From contig CM075989.1 in the NCBI GenBank assembly GCA_038087875.1, forward strand, positions 2,356,001 through 2,420,000: DNA of 64,000 nucleotides, given 5' to 3'. Below are positions 1 through 12,007 of this stretch, one piece after another. Position 1 is the first letter of the stretch, and every line of letters begins with the position of its first letter. A program made the position numbers and the translations under genes. This DNA is from Malacoraja senta. Its lineage: Eukaryota. Below the pieces are notes generated by a model. That model saw only the letters and a program-made list of their open reading frames with translations, had not been told where the DNA came from and searched no databases.

Positions 1-570
1 GTGTGGGCCTGTAGTGTGTGGGGCTGCTATATGTGGGCCTGTAGTGTGTGGGGCTGTAGTGTGTGGGCCTGTAGTGTGTGGGCCTGTAGTGTGTGGGGCT
101 GTAGTGTGTGGGGCTGTAGTGTGTGGGGCTGTAGTGTGTGGGCCTGTAGTATGTGGGGCTGTAGTGTGTGGGGCTGTAGTGTGTGGGGCTGCTATATGTG
201 GGCCTGTAGTGTGTGGGCCTGTAGTGTGTGGGGCTGCTATATGTGGGCCTGTAGTGTGTGGGCCTGTAGTGTGTGGGCCTGTAGTGTGTGGGGCTGCTAT
301 ATGTGGGCCTGTAGTGTGTGGGCCTGTAGTGTGTGGGGCTGTAGTGTGTGGGGCTGTAGTGTGTGGGCCTGTAGTATGTGGGGCTGTAGTGTGTGGGGCT
401 GTAGTGTGTGGGGCTGCTATATGTGGGCCTGTAGTGTGTGGGCCTGTAGTGTGTGGGGCTGCTATATGTGGGCCTGTAGTGTGTGGGGCTGTAGTGTGTG
501 GGCCTGTAATATGTGGGCCTGTAGTGTGTGGGCCTGTAGTGTGTGGGCCTATAGTATGTGGGGCTGCAGT
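1..570. repeat. 15-bp G/T-rich minisatellite, (G/A)TGTGGG(C/G)CTG(TAGT/CTAT) x38, probably truncated by the window start
   Basis: Direct 15-nt periodicity; it explains the ORFs 1..624 and 14..574. Confidence 0.97.
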
Positions 571-660
571 ATGATACCAGCAAAAATCACCTCTCACATT
601 CACAGTATCGACCCTTTTGCTTAGTGGATGGTCCTGCTAGGATATCTTCTAGGATAGAAT

Positions 661-820
661 GACACATTGGTGCAGCTGGTAGAGCTGCTGTCTCACAGTG
701 CCAGAGACCTGGGTTCAATCCTGAACTCGGATGCTGTTGGTGTGGAGTTTGCACGTTCTCCCTGTGACTGCGTGGGTTTTCTCTGGGTGATCCGGTTTCC
801 TCCTACATCCCAAAGATGTT
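661..820 (+). mobile_element. tRNA-derived SINE (HE1/V-SINE-like), 5' part
   Basis: A-box-like GGTGCAGCTGGTAGAGC, B-box GGGTTCAATCC, followed by the body shared with other copies. Confidence 0.85.
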
Positions 821-964
821 TTGTTTAGATTAGTTTACTTCAGTTTAGAGTCACAGTGCGGACACAGGCAGTGAAAGAGGGTCGCACAGAATACCCGGCG
901 GAGAGGAGGAGAACTTCTTTCAGGTAGGCACACCTTGAGGAGATTTCACAGTGAAACAGTAATA

Positions 965-1200
965 TGTAGACACAGAACTGCAGCCGAAAGGTATAGGAAG
1001 GAACTGCAAATGCTGGTTTAAATCGAAGATAGACGCAACGTGCTGGAGTAACTCAGTGGGACAGGCAGCATCTCTGGATAGGAAGAATGGGTGAAGTTTC
1101 TTCAGACTGAAGAATGATCTTGACCCAAAACGTCAACCATTCCTTCTCTCCAGAGATGCTGCCTGTCCCGCTGAGTTACTCCAGAACTTTGTGTATATCT
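965..1200. mobile_element. Inverted pair of Penelope-like pseudo-LTR (pLTR) fragments
   Basis: GCTGGAGTAACTCAGTGGGACAGGCAGCATCTCTGGA is followed by its reverse complement TCCAGAGATGCTGCCTGTCCCGCTGAGTTACTCCAG. Confidence 0.8.
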
Positions 1201-1307
1201 CACCGAACGGCAGATACTGGTTCACAAAAGAAATCTGGGATTGTAAATTATAACACGAGCAATATTGGCTACGTTACTGTATGTGCATTTCTATGTCGTG
1301 CCCGCAG

Positions 1308-1383
1308 GGCCTAATATAAAACTGAGGCCTGTCATCACCTCCAGCTCCACTTCAAGACTTATCTACATCCATCTAACATCAAA
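1308..1383 (+). CDS. Candidate exon (GPNIKLRPVITSSSTSRLIYIHLTS), unidentified
   Basis: Acceptor TTTCTATGTCGTGCCCGCAG|, open frame, only a non-canonical GC donor (AAA|GCAAGT); lies in repeat-free sequence. Confidence 0.2.
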
Positions 1384-1816
1384 GCAAGTTATATTATGCC
1401 TCGACAATTACAGCTGTGAACATTTATATGTATACAGTATCAGCTACAAGAATTAATCACCGGAATAGTCCTCTCTTTGAAAGTTCAGCTGAATAAGTAC
1501 TCTTATTAATTCAACCCGAAGTCTTTGAATCAATAATGGTTTTATTTCCACACTGTGCATGAACAAGTAGCCCTTGATGAAATAAATGTTTCTCGATCCT
1601 TTGATATATAAAACAACAAAGTTGAAATCACATTATTTTTCCCACAATGAGCATATTTAAACAGAAACGTGATGACACGAGGGACTGCAGACGCTATCTA
1701 GTGGTAACCTGGTTACCACCGTAGCCGGTACCTGCCTCTGCCCCTCAGGTTACTCTTCCACCTGTTTCATAGCCGAGTGTTTGGCTTCATAGGCAGCACC
1801 TATCTCCGACTGACTG

Positions 1817-2020
1817 TGTCGGAAGGAGCTGAAGGTGCTGGTTTAAACCGAAGATGGACACAATGAGCTGGAGTAACTCAACGGGACAGGCAGCATCTCT
1901 GGCGAGGAGGAATGGGTGACGTTTCGGGTCAAAGGGTCTCTCGCTGAAAGGTCGCCCATTCCTTCTCTCCAGAGATGCTGCCTCTCCCGCTGAGTTACTC
2001 CAGCTTTTTGTGGCTATCTC
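1817..2020. mobile_element. Inverted pair of Penelope-like pLTR fragments
   Basis: Same arm sequence and reverse complement as 965-1200. Confidence 0.8.
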
Positions 2021-2059
2021 TGACTGACACTTACCTTGCCACGGGCTACCAACAGATAG

Positions 2060-2542
2060 CTTTAACTCCCCTTCCCATTCCCACACTGACCTTTCTGTCC
2101 TGGGCCTCCTCCATTGTCAGAGTGAGGCCCAATGCAAATTGGAGGAACAGCACCTCATATTTCACATGGGCAGCTTACAACGGTAACGAATATTGATTTC
2201 TCTAACTTCACGTAAGCCTTGCATCCCTCTCTCTCCGTTCCTACCCCACCCTTGCTATTATACTAGTTTCACTGTCATCCTGGTGAATTTCATTGTCTGT
2301 AACTGGTTTTCACCCAGCCCACAGCTAACAATGGCCTGTTTCCTTGATCATCGCTACTTTTTAGCATATCTTTCATTCATTTGTTCTGTATCTCTCTATA
2401 TCACCGTCTATATCTCTCATTTCCCTTTCCCCTGACTTTCACAGTCTGAAGAAAGGTCTCGACCCGATACGAGCCCTATTCCTTTTCTTGAGAGATGCTG
2501 CCTGACCCGCTGAGTTACTCCAGCTTTTTGTTTCTATCTTCG
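2060..2542 (+). mobile_element. Penelope-like element, 3' fragment (end of GIY-YIG ORF, 3'UTR, pLTR)
   Basis: Reads FNSPSHSHTDLSVLGLLHCQSEA, homologous to the end of ORF 3282-4220; hammerhead-like motif at about 2446. Confidence 0.85.
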
Positions 2543-2906
2543 TTATGAGATGATGCCGCTCCCTGCCAAGATGCTAGGGCATGAGGCCACTGGCGTCTTT
2601 TTAAATATCTCAGCAACTATTTACGCACTTCTTTAGACTGGCTTTTTCTTCTGAGCTGTGAGAGCAAGTTGAACAAGACCACTGCAAACCCTGACAAAGG
2701 GCAGCCTGTGATGCATCGACTTAATTACCTGAAGTGGCTATTCATCAATACTGAATGAAAAGGCCCAGGATGTTTACTTAGGAATGTGAACAATGGGCAC
2801 TTGAAATGGCTTAGTTTTATTGTTCGTTACTAATTAAAAACCCTTAAACCCTAATTTGTCTTGAACTTGTGCTTCTTTCGTGAAGGCTCTTTTCCCATTA
2901 TACAGA

Positions 2907-3016
2907 TTAGATGCTTGGTTGTTTCTTCTTTGCTTTGACAATCTCTCTGATGACTTGCTTCAGCTCCAGCTCAATTTCTGGGGTGGTTGATGGGGCCAAT
3001 GTGGGATTTGAACACT
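2907..3016 (-). CDS. Candidate terminal coding exon (E)CSNPTLAPSTTPEIELELKQVIREIVKAKKKQPSI*, unidentified gene
   Basis: Minus-strand acceptor CACTTACTCCATTGTTGGCAG|, phase-1 open frame to TAA, amphipathic helix-like peptide, AATAAA (plus TTTATT 2816-2821) about 85 nt after the stop. Confidence 0.55.
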
Positions 3017-3038
3017 CTGCCAACAATGGAGTAAGTGT

Positions 3039-4142
3039 TAAAGAAGGAACTGCAGATGCTGGAAAATCGAAGGTACACAAAAATGCTGGAGAAACTCAGC
3101 GGGTGCAGCAGCATCTATGGAGCGAAGGAAATAGGCAACGTTTTGGGCCGAAACCCTTCTGCAGACTGATAGGGGGTGGGGGGAAGAAAGGAAAAAAGGA
3201 AAAAGGCGGAGGAGGAGCCCGAGGGCTGGGGGAGGGGAGGAGACAACCAGAGGGCTGATGAAGGGGAGGGGACAGCAAGGGCTAGCAGAATTGGGAGAAT
3301 TCAATGTTCAAGCCCCCAGGATGTAGACTGCCCAAGCGGAATATGAGGTGCATTTCCTCCGATTTACGGTGTTGCTCGCTGTGGCCATGGAGCAGACCCA
3401 GGACAGAGAGGTCAGATACGGAATGGGAGGGGGAGTTGAAGTGCTGAGCCACCGGGAGCTCAGGTTGGTTATTGCGGACCGACCGGAGGTGTTTGGCGAA
3501 ACGATCGCCAAGCCTCCGCTTGGTCTCACCGATGTAGATCAGCTGACATCTAGAGCAGCGGATGCAACAGATTAGGTTGGAGGAGATGCAGGTGAACCTC
3601 TGTCGCACCTGGAATGACTGCTTGGGTCCTTGAATGGAGTCGAGGGGGGAGGTGAAGGGACAAGTGTTGCATCTCTTGCGGTTGCAAGGGAAAGTACCAG
3701 GGGAGGGGGTGGTATGGGAGGGAAGGGAAGAATTGACAAGGGAGTTACGGAGGGAGCGGTCTTTGCGGAAGGCAGACATGGGGGAAGATGGGAAGATGTG
3801 GCGAGTGGTGGGGTCACGTTGGAGGTGGCGAAACTGACGGAGGATCACTTGTTGTATGTGACGGCTGGTGGGGTGAAAGGTGAGGACTAGGGGGACTCTG
3901 CCCTTGTTGTGAGTGGGGGGATGGGGAGAGAGAGCAGTGTTGCGGGGTATGGCAGAGACCCTGGTGCGAGCCTCATCTATGGTGGAGGAGGGGAACCCCC
4001 GTTCCCTGAAGAATGAGGACATTTCAGATGCCCTGGTGTGGAACGCCTCATCCTGGGAGCAGATGCGGCGTAGACGGAGGAATTGGGAGTGGGGGATGGA
4101 GTCCTTACCGGAAGCAGGGTGGGAAGAAGTGTAGTCCAGATA
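3039..4142 (-). mobile_element. Penelope-like retroelement, 5'-truncated, with 3'UTR and pLTR
   Basis: Contains the RT thumb/linker and GIY-YIG coding region; pyrimidine-rich 3'UTR; pLTR at 3039-3170. Confidence 0.93.
3282..4140 (-). pseudogene. Penelope RT C-terminus plus GIY-YIG endonuclease (uninterrupted frame, 5' truncated)
   Basis: YLDYTSSHP...IPHSQFLRLRRICS, Cys-rich linker CNRKRCNTC, ICCIRCSRCQLIYIGETKRRLGDRFAKH, and terminal P.GLN motif typical of PLE GIY-YIG. Confidence 0.93.
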
Positions 4143-4404
4143 GTGTAGCAGGTGAGGGGGGGTAGCGACTTGTTTGAGAACTGAGCCATCACTTCTGTGC
4201 ACTCCTGGTGAATGGACCAAGAGTCCTGACTAGGATACCAAATGAAATGTATCCATTTTGAGCCAGGATTCCCCCCTGGTTCGTGGGGAACACGTTGATG
4301 GTGACACAAGCATGGTGACACCAGCATCTACAGCTGCTGGAATCCTCAGCAAAACACAAAGCGCTGGACTAATTCAACAGGTCAGGCAGCATCTGCAGAA
4401 GTTA

Positions 4405-5003
4405 CCATCGCACAAACCAACCTCCCTTCCATTGGCTCCATCTACACCTCACGCTGCCTCAGCAAGACCACCAGCATAATCAAGGACGAATTGCAACCCA
4501 GCCCCTCTTCTCCCCATTCCCATGTGGCAAGAGGTACAGAAGTGTGAAAACGCTCACCTCCAGATTCAGGAACAGTTTCTTCCCAGCTGGTACCAGGCAA
4601 CTGAACCATCCTATCACCAACTAAGAGCAGTCCTGAGCTACCCTCTACCACATTGGAGACTCTGAGACTATCTCTAAATGGACTCTACTGGACTTGATCT
4701 TTCACGAAACGTTATTCCCATCATCCTGTATCTATGCAGTGGATGTGTAGGAAGGAACTGCAGATGCTGGTTTAAACTGAAGATAGGCACAAAAAGCTGG
4801 AGTAACTCAGCGGGACAGGCAGCATCTCTGGAGAGAAGGAATTGGGTGACATTTCGGGTCGAGACCCTTCTTCCGACCCTGTCTATACAATGGATGGATT
4901 GATTGTAATCATGTATTGTCTTTCCACAGATTGGATGGCTCGCAACAAAATCCCTTTCACTGTACCTCAGTACATGTGACAATAAACTAACTAAACTAAA
5001 CTG
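4405..5003 (+). mobile_element. Rex1/Babar LINE 3' fragment with nested minus-strand pLTR (about 4742-4878)
   Basis: Degenerate RFRNSFFP region, 3' hairpin TTTCACTGTACCTCAGTACATGTGACAATAAA, (ACTAA)n tail. Confidence 0.75.
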
Positions 5004-5267
5004 AATGGACAGATGGTGTTCAGGTCTGGACCCTTCTTCAGACTGGTAGGCGATGTTTTGGATCGATCTGTAGAAGGGTCATCACCTGAAACATTGCTTG
5101 TCCATTCCCTCTACAGATGCTGCCTGGCCCACCGTGTCGATGGTAACCCTCCAGTGCAGGGGTGGGGAACCTGTGGCCTTAAGGCCGCACGCGCCCTTCT
5201 AGGCCATTAAGTGCTGCCTTTTGAATGAATCCAAATTTTGTAGAACAAATCCTTTTATTTTGATAGT

Positions 5268-5696
5268 TTAAGAAGAAACTGCAGATGCTGAAAAATCTAA
5301 GATAGACAAAAATGCTGGAGGAACTCAGCGGGTGAGGCAGCATCTATGGGACAAAAATGCTGGAGAAGGCTGAAAAATGCTGGAAATGCTCGAGTCTGAA
5401 GAAGGGTCTCAACCCGAAACGTTGCCTATTTCCTTCGCTCCATAGTTGCTGCCTCACCCGCAGAGTTTCTCCAGCATTTTTGTCTACCTTTTATTTTTAT
5501 TTATATGTTTTTGTTCGTCTTTTATTATTTTTATTTTAATCTTAAAATTAACGTATTTAAAATACCAAAGAGTAAAAGAAGATTCAATGAAATAACAGGT
5601 GGTAGACAAAAATGCTGGAGAAACTCAGCGGGTGAGGCAGCATCTATCGAGCGAAGGAAATAGGCAAAGTTTCGGGTCGAATCCTTTCTTCAGACG
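5268..5696. mobile_element. Cluster of Penelope-like pLTRs (inverted pair 5268-5490, single copy 5598-5696)
   Basis: AAAATGCTGGAG..ACTCAGCGGGTGAGGCAGCATCTAT arms in both orientations. Confidence 0.8.
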
Positions 5697-6254
5697 AAAT
5701 AATCCTCCCGACTGATGGCCACATTAGTAAGTCATGAGATCTATTTTAACAAAATAATGTACATTTTGAAGTATATCTAATTTAAGTTTCTTGGATGTGG
5801 CCTTATTAGATTACAGCTAACTTAATGTGGCATTCCAACATGAAAAGGTTCCCTATCCCTGCTCCAGTGCTTTGAGGTACCTGTTGTGGGCAGTCAATTG
5901 TTCAGAAGCTTAGCAGCTTAGATTGGTTTATTATTATCACGAGTACAGGGATACAGCAAGATCTCTGAGTGCCATCCAGTCAAATCATATCTTCCTTATC
6001 ACCCATGTTATGTTCCTGTCACCTTCAGATCTATTGAAGTTATCCCAACCATATTGAACCAATGCTTTGATTTTCAAGTTCCTATCCTTCTCCCTTCCTT
6101 CCATGGTCTTGCCATTCACGAGCTATGTAATCTCCTCCAACCCGGAAACCTAACGGAATCAAGGGATATGGGGAAAAAGCAGGAATGGGGGCACTGATTT
6201 TGGATGATCAGCCATGATCATATTGAATGTCGGTGCTGGCTCGAAGGGCCGAAT

Positions 6255-6630
6255 ATTCCAATTCCAATTCCAATTCAATTTATTTGTCTTTTGAGGGACA
6301 AATTTGTCATTTGGACCCCTTGAGGTCCAAACGAAATGTCGTTTCTGCAGCCATACAATACAAAACAAAGAAGACCCGAGACACAACACAATTTACACAT
6401 ACATCCATCACAACGCTGTGATGGAAGGCAAAAATAACGTATCTCTCCACTGCACTCCCCCCCCCCCCCCGATGTCAGAGTCAAAGTCAAAGCCCCCGGC
6501 GGGCGATGGTGATTGTTCCGCAGCCATTAAAGCCACGCCGGGTGATGCAAGGTCGCGCACCGGGTCTTGGTGTTAGAGCCCCGGCGCGCGCCCGCAAAGT
6601 CCGGCAGCCATTCCAAGCCGCGCGGGGGGA
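6255..6630 (-). mobile_element. CpG-rich non-coding retroposon with (TTGGAA)n tail, inserted in a CR1 3' end (6153-6660, +)
   Basis: Splits the CR1 consensus GAAGGGCCGAAT|GGCCTACTCCTGCACC; AATAAA plus tandem tail on the minus strand. Confidence 0.65.
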
Positions 6631-7067
6631 TTAGCCTACTCCTGCACCTATTTTCTGTTTTGATGCCCCTCTCATCTCTCAGGTCCACGTTTCTCTATTT
6701 CTGACCTACTGCTCATTCCTGGGTTTAATCGTTTCGAAATTGGTGATCATTGCCTCAAGTTCCAAAATGCCCATCCTAAGCCTCTCACCTGCCTTTGCTG
6801 TAACTATATCTTTGACCAAATTTGCAATTCCGAGTAATACGTTCCAATCTTATTTTTCCTTGAAGCATGTTGGGAGTTTCACTATGTTACAAGTGCTCCG
6901 CAAATGTTGTTGTTGTAATTGACCCAAAGTGCCTGCAAGGTATCACATGAAATCCTTGTTTTGTAGTGAACTGCCTGATGTAAAATGTCACACCTAGAGG
7001 GGGCAATGGAACTCTGAGTAAAGGCATCAACATCAGTAAGTGTTTCCAATTGCTGCATTGGTATTTC

Positions 7068-7575
7068 ATTTAGTTTAGTTTAATTTAGTTTAGGTTGGAG
7101 ATACAGACTGGAAACAGGCCCTTTGGCCCACCGTCCATACCAACCATCGATCACCCCAACACATTTGTTATATGTGATCCCAAAGGTCATTCAACACAGA
7201 ACACAGGCTCACAATGTCTGTGCTGAACATGATGCCAAAACCAGCTCTTATCTGCCTGCACATAATGCATATCCCTCCATTTCTCGCATATCCACGCGCC
7301 TATCCAAAAGCCTCTTAAATGCCACCGCCGTATGTGCCTCGACCACCACCATTTGTTCCTCCATAATCCCACACACTAGGGACAATTTGCAGAGGCCAAG
7401 AAACCTACAAACCGGCATGTATTTATGATATGGGAGCCAGAGCACCCGGAGAGAACCTACACGGTCATAGGAGGAACGAACAAACTCCACACAGACAGCA
7501 GCCGGGGTCAGGACCGAACATGGGTCCCAGGCGCTGAGAGACAGCAGCTCCACCAGTTGTGCCACTGTGCCACCC
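7068..7575 (-). mobile_element. SINE interrupted by a CR1-type 3' fragment (about 7190-7360)
   Basis: (TTTAG)n tail at 7068, SINE head reverse complement at 7505-7575. Confidence 0.75.
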
Positions 7576-8154
7576 ATGTCGCTGTTGTTGTCATGGTGCC
7601 AAACGTTGATAGTTCATTATCCATAAGACTGCCCAACATGGCCAAGAAACACACTAACACCCAAACCCTCAGCAAGTGTTTATACAGTCAGAGGACTGAT
7701 GGAAGCCGTGGTGTTCAGTAAGGAGCAAAGGACAACACTAACATGGACAAATGTTCCTTTAATGCTCTCTTGTGCACCATCATTTTAACCAGGCCCTTCA
7801 GTCAAAGGCAGGTAAGTGTTTCAGATCTTACACACAATCACATGAGGAGAAGATAGTTCAATGCAGAAACAGAGAGAAATTAAAAACTTCAGAGACACCT
7901 GTTTTGTATATATACTGGGGTGTTCTATATAAGCCCTACTCTGTTAGTTCCCCAAATGTTAAGGACAAAAATGTTGTCCTTAACATGACCGAGAAAGTAA
8001 ATAAGCTAGAAAAGTAGATCTGAGCATGCTGCTAGAAACATAAATGTCAGCCAAAATTGAGTTCCAGAAATTCCTGTCCACAGAGACTACGTTGAAGTAT
8101 TTTGGCGAGAGAGTATTAATCAGATGTGACATGGATTTAAATCAGGGGGTGTTT

Positions 8155-8190
8155 CAGTCTGAAGAAGGGTCTCGACCCGAAACGTCGCCC
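8155..8190 (+). ncRNA. Minimal type-I hammerhead ribozyme motif in a Penelope pLTR (best-preserved plus-strand copy)
   Basis: CUGAAGA (8159-8165), A, stem II GGGU-CUCG-ACCC, GAAAC, GUC triplet (8184-8186). Confidence 0.75.
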
Positions 8191-9894
8191 ATTCCTTCTC
8201 TCCAGAGATGCTGCCTGCCTGTCCCGCTGAGCTACTCCAGCATTTTGAGTTACTCCAGCATACACCCACTGCTCTCTGTGTGAAAAAGCTGTCGCTTGGT
8301 TCCTATTAGATCTTTCCCCTCTGACTTTAAACCAATGTCCTCTGGTCCCTGATTCCCCTACTCTGGGTAAAAGACTGTATTCAGGTGTTCAGCCAGGTAA
8401 AGGTGTGAGAGAGTGAGATCTAAGGGTACTCAGGTGCCATCATACCAATGCAGAACACTTTGATTTGTCTCACAAAAACAGGGAACCAGGCAATGCACCC
8501 CACCAGTCCGAAGAATGGTCCTGACCCAAAACATCTGCTGCCCATTCACTCCACAGTTTCCATCAACATTGCCCAGAACCCATAAGAACTGAGGTTCTGT
8601 GTGAACATTTTATTTCCAAAACTAATTTCCATCATGTTGAAGAAGTCGGAGAAAAGATGGAGGCGCAGCCAAGTTCGGGTCTCGACCCGAAACGTCGCCT
8701 ATTTCCTTCTCTCCATAGATGCCGCCTCACCCGCTGAGTTTCGCCAGCATTTTTTGTCTACCTTCCATCATGTTGAAGTCACTGGAGCTAACAGGATGGT
8801 GGAAAAACTCTCACCAGAGCCAAGAAGAATGAATTAATTAGAACTGAATGGCTGATTAAGTTTTCAGATATAGATGGAACTCTGGGACTAATTACAAGGT
8901 TGTGTCAATGTGCTGCAATGAGCAGTGGCAGCACTTTCAAAGCTGTCAGAGTGCCAGAGCTGAATGAATGTGGCAGGATGAGGAAGTTATAAGCCCAAGT
9001 TGGAGACAACACATCTTTTCATTTCTGAGCATTATTAAAGATCAAATAGGCGTCCCCCCCCCCCCCATGCCAGTGCGCACCCATTCCTCTCACTATCCCA
9101 CCCTTTATACCTACCCATGCACCCCATGTCCTCTGTTACCTTCGCCTTTACATTTCCCTCATCTTTCCCTCCACTTCTCTCTCGTCTGACATTCTTTTGC
9201 GTCTTTGTCTATTTTTTTTTGGCCTCCTTTAGTCCTCTTTAGTCTCCTTCTCATTTCTAGCCCTTATCCACTCTTCTGCCAATCTGAAACCTGCCTCCAC
9301 CAAGTGCTGAAGTAACTCAGCGGGTCAGGCAGCATCTCTGGAGAAAAAAGAATCGTGCCGGAACTCTACAATCAGTCTGAAGAAGGGTCTCGACCTGAAA
9401 CGTCACCTATCCTATTCCTCCAGAGATGCTGCCTGACCCGCTGAGATGCTCCAGCATTTTGTGTCTGTGTTCACGGCAGGGAAATGATGGGGTGAACACA
9501 AAAACCTCGGCCATGCCTTTCACTTGTGCTAGAGAAGTTAGGCTGATCGGAAGAGATAGATTTTACACCTATACCTATTACAGAGCATTGTTCTTGTACA
9601 CGGATTACACCTATTGCTCTTGTACTAGGATTCATATACAAAGGATTTTGAAAAAAACTGCTCTATTGTAATTACCATACCTTGTGATTCCAATTTTGAT
9701 TTTCTTGAGATAAGGTTGTTGCTATGGTAATGGCTCCATTAGTTTTACTTCATGTTATATTCTCCGCTCTGGCACAAATCTATGTGCATTAATTCTTTGC
9801 AGGTCACACCATGAGTCAATTGTGCATTTGGTTTGGATGTAAATCTTCTCAATTTTTCTCCTTTATCTATTCCACTGGAATGGGCTTCCATTAA

Positions 9895-10335
9895 AAGGTT
9901 CTTTATCAGGATGCTAGAGGACTAGAGGGGCTGAGTGGTGGAGTAGGCTGGGACTCTATTCCTTGGAGCGCAGGAGGATGAGAGGTAATCTGATAGAGGT
10001 GTATAAAATCATGAGAGGAATAGATCGGGTAGATACACAGAATCTCTTGCCCAGCGATGCGGAATCGAGGACCAGAGGACATAGATTTAAGGTGAAGGGA
10101 AAAGATTTAATAGGAATCTGAGGGGTAACTTTTTAACACTAAGGGTGGTGGAACAAGCTGCCAGAGGAGGTAGTTGAGGCTGAGAATATCCCATCAATTA
10201 AGAAATAATTAGACAGGTACATAGATAGGACAGGTTTGGAGGGATAAGGAGCAAACGCAGGCAGGTGGGACTAGTGTAGCTGGGACATGTTGGCCGGTGT
10301 GGGCAAGATGGGCTGAAGGGCCACTCTATGACTAT
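9895..10335 (+). mobile_element. CR1 LINE 3' fragment
   Basis: RRMRGDLIEVYKIMRGIDRV-type C-terminus plus CR1 3'UTR. Confidence 0.85.
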
Positions 10336-10381
10336 TACCTGGAGGTGGGCTTTCAGAAGGCGATGGTGAGAAAGTGAAGCT

Positions 10382-10620
10382 TGTGTGGGAAACGACTGCA
10401 GATGCTGGTTTACGTCGAAGATGGACTCAAAATGCTGGAGTAACTCAGCGGGACAGGCAGCATCTCTGGATAGAAGGAATGTGATGTTTCAGGTTGAGAT
10501 CCTCCCTCAGACTGAGAGGCAGGGGAGAGGGATAAACAGAGATAAGGAAGCGTAAGGTGTGAAAAGGAGACATCAAAGGGGATGCAGTTCAAGGAAAATG
10601 TAGAATAGATCGTTGTTAGC
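10382..10620 (-). mobile_element. Penelope-like 3'UTR and pLTR
   Basis: Homologous to the reverse complement of 2330-2542 and 35545-35800. Confidence 0.8.
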
Positions 10621-10804
10621 TTCATTGTTGGGTTCACCTACACAGTGCAGCAACTCACCCTATCGTGAATATTACATCTGTACATGAATTGGGAAGATAC
10701 AAAAGTAAAAGATGTGGGTGTTGTTAAAAGTGGAATAGCATGAAATAGCATAGTGGAATAGCACAATGAAACAGCCATGTTTTATTATTATTATTATTAT
10801 TATT

Positions 10805-10940
10805 AATGTTTAGCGTTTTCTGAGTCATTCGTAACTGTCACTGTATGTCATGTTGTTACTTGTGGGCGGAGCACCAAGGCAAATTCCTTGTATGTGAATA
10901 CTTGGCCAATAAACTTACTTACTTACTTACTTACTTACTT
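10805..10940 (+). mobile_element. Rex1/Babar 3' tail with (TTAC)n
   Basis: Near-identical to the 3' end of the Rex1 copy at 60620-60710. Confidence 0.75.
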
Positions 10941-11124
10941 AATTGGTTTAGCCTACAGTGTCAAGTCATCAAGCAATTATTACGAACCTGGACATTTGAT
11001 TTGCTTATTGGAGAAGTGTTGAAAGTAACATTGTTGAAGAAAACAGCCAAGGACCATGACAGAGCAAAAACTGCGACTTACGATCTAAATTGTGGCTCTG
11101 AGCATCTCACATTTTTGAGTTGAC

Positions 11125-11858
11125 TTTAGAGATACAGTGTGGAAACAGGCCCTTCGGCCCACCGTATCCATTCTGACCAATCAATCCAATGTTCCACAGG
11201 ATCAACACTAGTTGCATCCTATACCTTAGGGACAATTTACAGAAGTCAATTCACCTACAAATCTACACGTCTTTGGAGTGTGGGAGGAAACCGGAGCACC
11301 CGGAGAAAACCCACGCTGTCACAGGGAAAACAGACAGCACCCTTAGTCAGGATCGAACCTGGGTCGCTGGCACTGTAAAGGGGCTGTCCCACTGCGGCGA
11401 CCTAATTGGCGAGTTTAGAAGAGTTTAGGAGAGTTTGAAAAAAATGTCATGTTGAAGACCTCCTTCGACTATGTTGAAGACTATCTACGATTACCTTCGA
11501 CTACCTTTGATTACCTTCGACTACCCTCGATTACCTACGTATAACATGCCGATCTACTACGACCTACTTCGACTAAACCTACGAGTAAAAAAAGTATAGA
11601 TTTTTTCCATGGCGACATTTTTCTTACTCGCGGGCATTTTTCAACATGTTGAAAAATACGGCGCGACCTAGCTGAGGCCTCAAGTACGCGGGGACTACCC
11701 TCGAGCATGAAGGAGAGTTGTAAAGACCTCCTAGGACCTTGTGTCGACCATGCTGTGAGTATGAGTCGAGGGCAAACTCTCCAGAACTCGCGGATTAGGT
11801 CGCCTCAGTGGGACAGCTCCTTAAGGCAGCAACTCTACCGCTGCGCACTGTGGCACCC
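11125..11858 (-). mobile_element. SINE interrupted by a MITE
   Basis: SINE consensus CTG-TAA-GGCAGCAACTCTACC is split at TAA. Confidence 0.85.
11379..11821 (+). mobile_element. PIF/Harbinger-type MITE, family A (443 bp)
   Basis: TIRs AGGGGCTGTCCCACT...AGTGGGACAGCTCCT; TAA TSD (11376-78 / 11822-24) confirmed by the empty-site SINE consensus. Confidence 0.88.
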
Positions 11859-12007
11859 TGACAAGGATCTAAAATCTGGCAGGATTTGGGTCAGGTTATG
11901 AAGGTGTTGAAGAGGAGTTAGAACATAAATGATAACGCACACATGCACGCATGCAAACACACATGCACGCATTCACTCACACTCACACACACACAGACAC
12001 ACTCACA

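Noticed and set aside
1..624. 207-aa and 186-aa Cys-rich ORFs resembling keratin-associated proteins
   Set aside because: By-product of a stop-free 15-bp minisatellite; two frames are open and there is no unique coding context.
6967..7035. Plus-strand segment with good acceptor and GTAAGT donor
   Set aside because: Stops in all three frames; it could only be a non-coding exon and has no further support.
8155..8260. Recurrent palindromic repeat as a CRISPR array
   Set aside because: Dispersed in both orientations, no regular spacers, no cas genes, eukaryotic context.
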